Below are positions 61,006 to 64,000 of a stretch of DNA of 64,000 bases, piece after piece. The stretch's first letter is position 1, and each line of letters begins with the position of its first letter. The stretch is from an uncultured Chlamydiae bacterium. GTDB taxonomy: Bacteria; Chlamydiota; Chlamydiia; Chlamydiales; Parachlamydiaceae. Both the position numbers and the translations under genes were made by a program. The notes under the pieces were generated by a model. It did not search any database. It was not told where the DNA came from and saw only the letters and a list, made by a program, of their open reading frames with translations. Location of the stretch: contig CAWHMU010000021.1 in assembly GCA_963830365.1 (NCBI GenBank), positions 16,339-80,338 of the forward strand. Direction: 5' to 3'.

Positions 61006-62520
61006 TTAATGATCTCTTTCAAATTGAACTCATTTGGTAGCCATAAAACTTTTCATGACACCCGGTTTTTCAAGAAGTTTCCCAATATCATCAGCAAAGT
61101 CTTTGGCGGGAGTATTCACTAAATATTCATTTACCACAGCTATTTTTTCACTCATCATGATTGCATTCAATACCACATGCTTGACCATCGCTTTCCCCGA
61201 TATCGGCGTCGTCCGCTCTCATTTCAAGCTGTTTCTCAAGTTTTAATCTAGTTTCCGGTTTAAGATTATCTATCGTTTTTTGAGCTTCTAGTTCAAATTT
61301 CTCCCTCTTTTCGGATCTAGTTTTTCAAGCGTTTTTTTGGGCTTTTTCTTTAATGGCTTCAGTATTTTCTAATTTTGCTTTCATCTCGGGCGGCAGCTGT
61401 GCCGCCAGTCCTTTGAAATCAATGGCCAGATTTCTCTTGAAGCTTGGCTTCCTGATGTTTTTTAACGGCGACCATGACGATGGTAACCACTAAGCCCACG
61501 ATTAACAGCCCTGCCGCAATCCAGCCTGCCGGAGTCATCGCCACGCCTACAAGGATGCCTACCGCTACCACTGCTGCCAAACCGCAGCCGATCGCGATTA
61601 CGAAAGAGCGCAGGCAGTTTAAAATGCTATTTTTCTTCTCAGTCTTTACATTCTCACATACTTTTTCCATTAATTTAAGAGCCGGCTGGTTCTTCTCAAG
61701 CTCTACCTTGTTACCCTGTCCACATTCAGCCTTGGCAGTTTCTGCCTTTTCCAATTTTGCACCAAGCATATGGGCTTCACGCGCGAATTTCACTGCACTG
61801 GCCGTCGCGGCGATACAACCCAGCCCTGCGGCAATCGGCGCCATAACCGCCGCTGCTGCTGCCGCTCCCGCCACGACCCCTGCATTTGCGGCCACATTCA
61901 TTAAACCAGGCACTTTTGCCACTGCCGCGGCGACAGCTTTTGCCGCCGTGGCGGCAGAACCTAAAGTGGACAATCCCTGATTAGCGACTTCAGCCGCGGA
62001 TCCATCCTTAATCGCCGAGGCAAAATCAACGGCGCTTTTGAGAAGTAAGGGCACGGAAAAAACAGCGCCCAGCATATCGATGGCCCCTGAATTACTGCTG
62101 GACGCGAATTCCCCTGCCATCTGTTGGATCAGCAATACCTGCTGTGGTGGAGCCTGCATCAATTGCATCATTAAGGTTACTGGCCGCCTCGCTTTTAACC
62201 CCCTCACCTTCCATAGATGCGGCTCGAGCTCGCAAGAGTCCTAGTGATAGGGCCTCTGCATTTTTTCCAATCGCCAATTGTTGAGTCAACAACGGACGCG
62301 GCGATGGGTTAATTTGTGGTAATTTAATAGAAGATGCATTGCCCTGCTGATCTTTTTGAGCGGGTGCAATGGCAGCCGAATCGATAATCTCTGCGGGTAG
62401 GACAGCAGTTAGCGAAGCCTCCTCAGCCGGGGCGGCTGGGACTGCCTGACCTACTGTCACTTGAGGATAGATCGATGGGGACAAGCCGCCAAACTGACCA
62501 CTATCGCTAACGGATCCCAT
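61002..62520 (-). pseudogene. T3SS substrate-like protein with long bilobed hydrophobic domain, frameshifted
   Basis: ATG 62520 after GGAG; continues into ORF 61419..62207 and a Lys/Glu-rich tail ending in an ATGA overlap with the chaperone gene. Confidence 0.65.
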
Positions 62521-62912
62521 AAGCACTCCATTTAGTTTAATTATACAGCATATTTTTAATTTTAACAATAGCGGCTTCTGCAAAACTGAATAAAAAGTGG
62601 ATTGGTTTAGTTTATTACACAGAGAAATTATCGAAGAATGATTTATACCAGGACCTAGTGAGAATCTGACATATTGGTGAGGTGCTATTTCCGCAAACGG
62701 TGGCAGCAAAAAAGATTGGGCAGATCTTCCAAGGGAAACTGCCATTTCTAGGCTTAATCGGGAATACCATTTTTTCCTTTTCAAAAAAAGAAAACATTTA
62801 TCCTGGAAATATGAATTTTTTTTATATATTATTTTATTTTCCAAGTAACAACCGTTACTTTTCAGATATCCGCGGTAAACCGCTTGGGCGCTACAAAATA
62901 AGGAGTATCCCG

Positions 62913-63957
62913 ATGACAAGATTATCTATGTTTGGGCTTTTGGCAGGGGTTGCTTTGACTGCCACAGCTACGTTTTACGCCTTGTATTCGAATGGCAAAT
63001 ACTTCTCGAGCAAGCCTCATCAGCCTGGGAAAACGCAGTTTGTGAGGCGGACTCTTTGAGATTAAATTCTTAGGGTGTAAGGAATGCCTCTGGATCATTC
63101 TCTGCCATATATTATCATGGGCAAAGGCGATGATGTTCCTGTCATGCAAATCGGAGTGCTCAGTCAATCAGCAGCACTGTCCTCAGCTCCTTAAGGAGAT
63201 AGTAAAGGCTTGCAAAAAACAAGTCAAATATGACTTTGCCCCATATTTTGGGCTGTCTGCCAAATTTACGATTGTAGATGGGGCCGGCCCGATTGATTGG
63301 AGCAAATATGCCGCGCTGGTATTAACCGATGAAACACCCATCCCCTCAGCTTTTGGATTTCACGACATTCAAGACTCAACGGGGCTAAATGGCAGCGATA
63401 TCGCCTCAGATATCACATCAGCACCTAATCTTCCAGATGGCACGCCCTTTATGATCATTGAAGTGCAAGTGTGCAAAGACTTTTCAATTCCAGTCGATCC
63501 AACATCAACTCTTACCTTTGAGAACGAGGTTTCTTTGACCGTAAGCCATGAAATTCTGGAAACATTGGGCGACTCTGCTATGAACAAATGGTTCGAATTC
63601 ACCACCCCCTTCACAACCAATTTATATGTCTGCGAAGTCTGCGATCCGGTGGAAAATGTCGGTTATTTTATCTCAGACACCATGGTCTCAGACTTTGTAC
63701 TACCGAGCTATTTTGTAGGCCCCGGTCAACTCGGTCCATATGACTTCCTAAACACACTGACAGGTCCATTTACCACCTTTAATGGCACCATTTCAACCTT
63801 TTTCAGGGAGGTGCGTGATAATTCACTCAAAACCAGAAACGCTCCAAATAAGGCTGATGATCGTACTACACCGATAAACAAAGACAAAAAGACCCCATCG
63901 ATTTTGGATTTTATAAATAACAAAGCCGCTAAAACTGAAATTCGAATTACTAATTAA
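62913..63957 (+). CDS. Putative zinc metallopeptidase-like protein, probably frameshifted near its N-terminus
   Basis: AAGGAG plus signal-like MTRLSMFGLL at 62913; GFHD, SHEILE, EVCDPVE, VSDFVLPSYF in ORF 63130..63957. Confidence 0.6.
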
Positions 63958-64000
63958 TAATCCGTTAGATATAGGATAAATTATGAATTTAATGAAACAT

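Overview
Bacterial chromosomal window that looks like an environmental chlamydia (Chlamydiota). This is an inference from tandem AGCS symporters, Inc-like membrane proteins, a CesT-type chaperone locus, a long TPR protein and many orphan effector-like genes. Recognisable genes: ROK kinase plus HAD, two alanine/glycine symporters, DAHP synthase, eutBC, M20 peptidase, GT92, sulfatase plus HAD, hutHUIG, a TolB-like protein, mgtE and typA. Two complete IS elements with target-site duplications each interrupt a gene: IS3 family (29449-30820) and ISAs1 family (53954-55759). Most unusual signals: (1) about 59 copies of a 15-bp repeat abutting the mgtE ribosome-binding site, open as (IECQY)n and (ILSAS)n; (2) several families of palindromic REP/MITE-like elements nested up to four deep; (3) a candidate structured ncRNA downstream of typA; (4) a TIM homolog lacking its catalytic residues, with duplicated NLS-like motifs; (5) a lipoprotein with a long N@d coiled coil and a C-terminal TM helix, a possible inner/outer membrane tether. 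Frameshifts cluster at 58-63 kb and may be consensus errors. All calls come from reading the sequence by eye; no searches were run.
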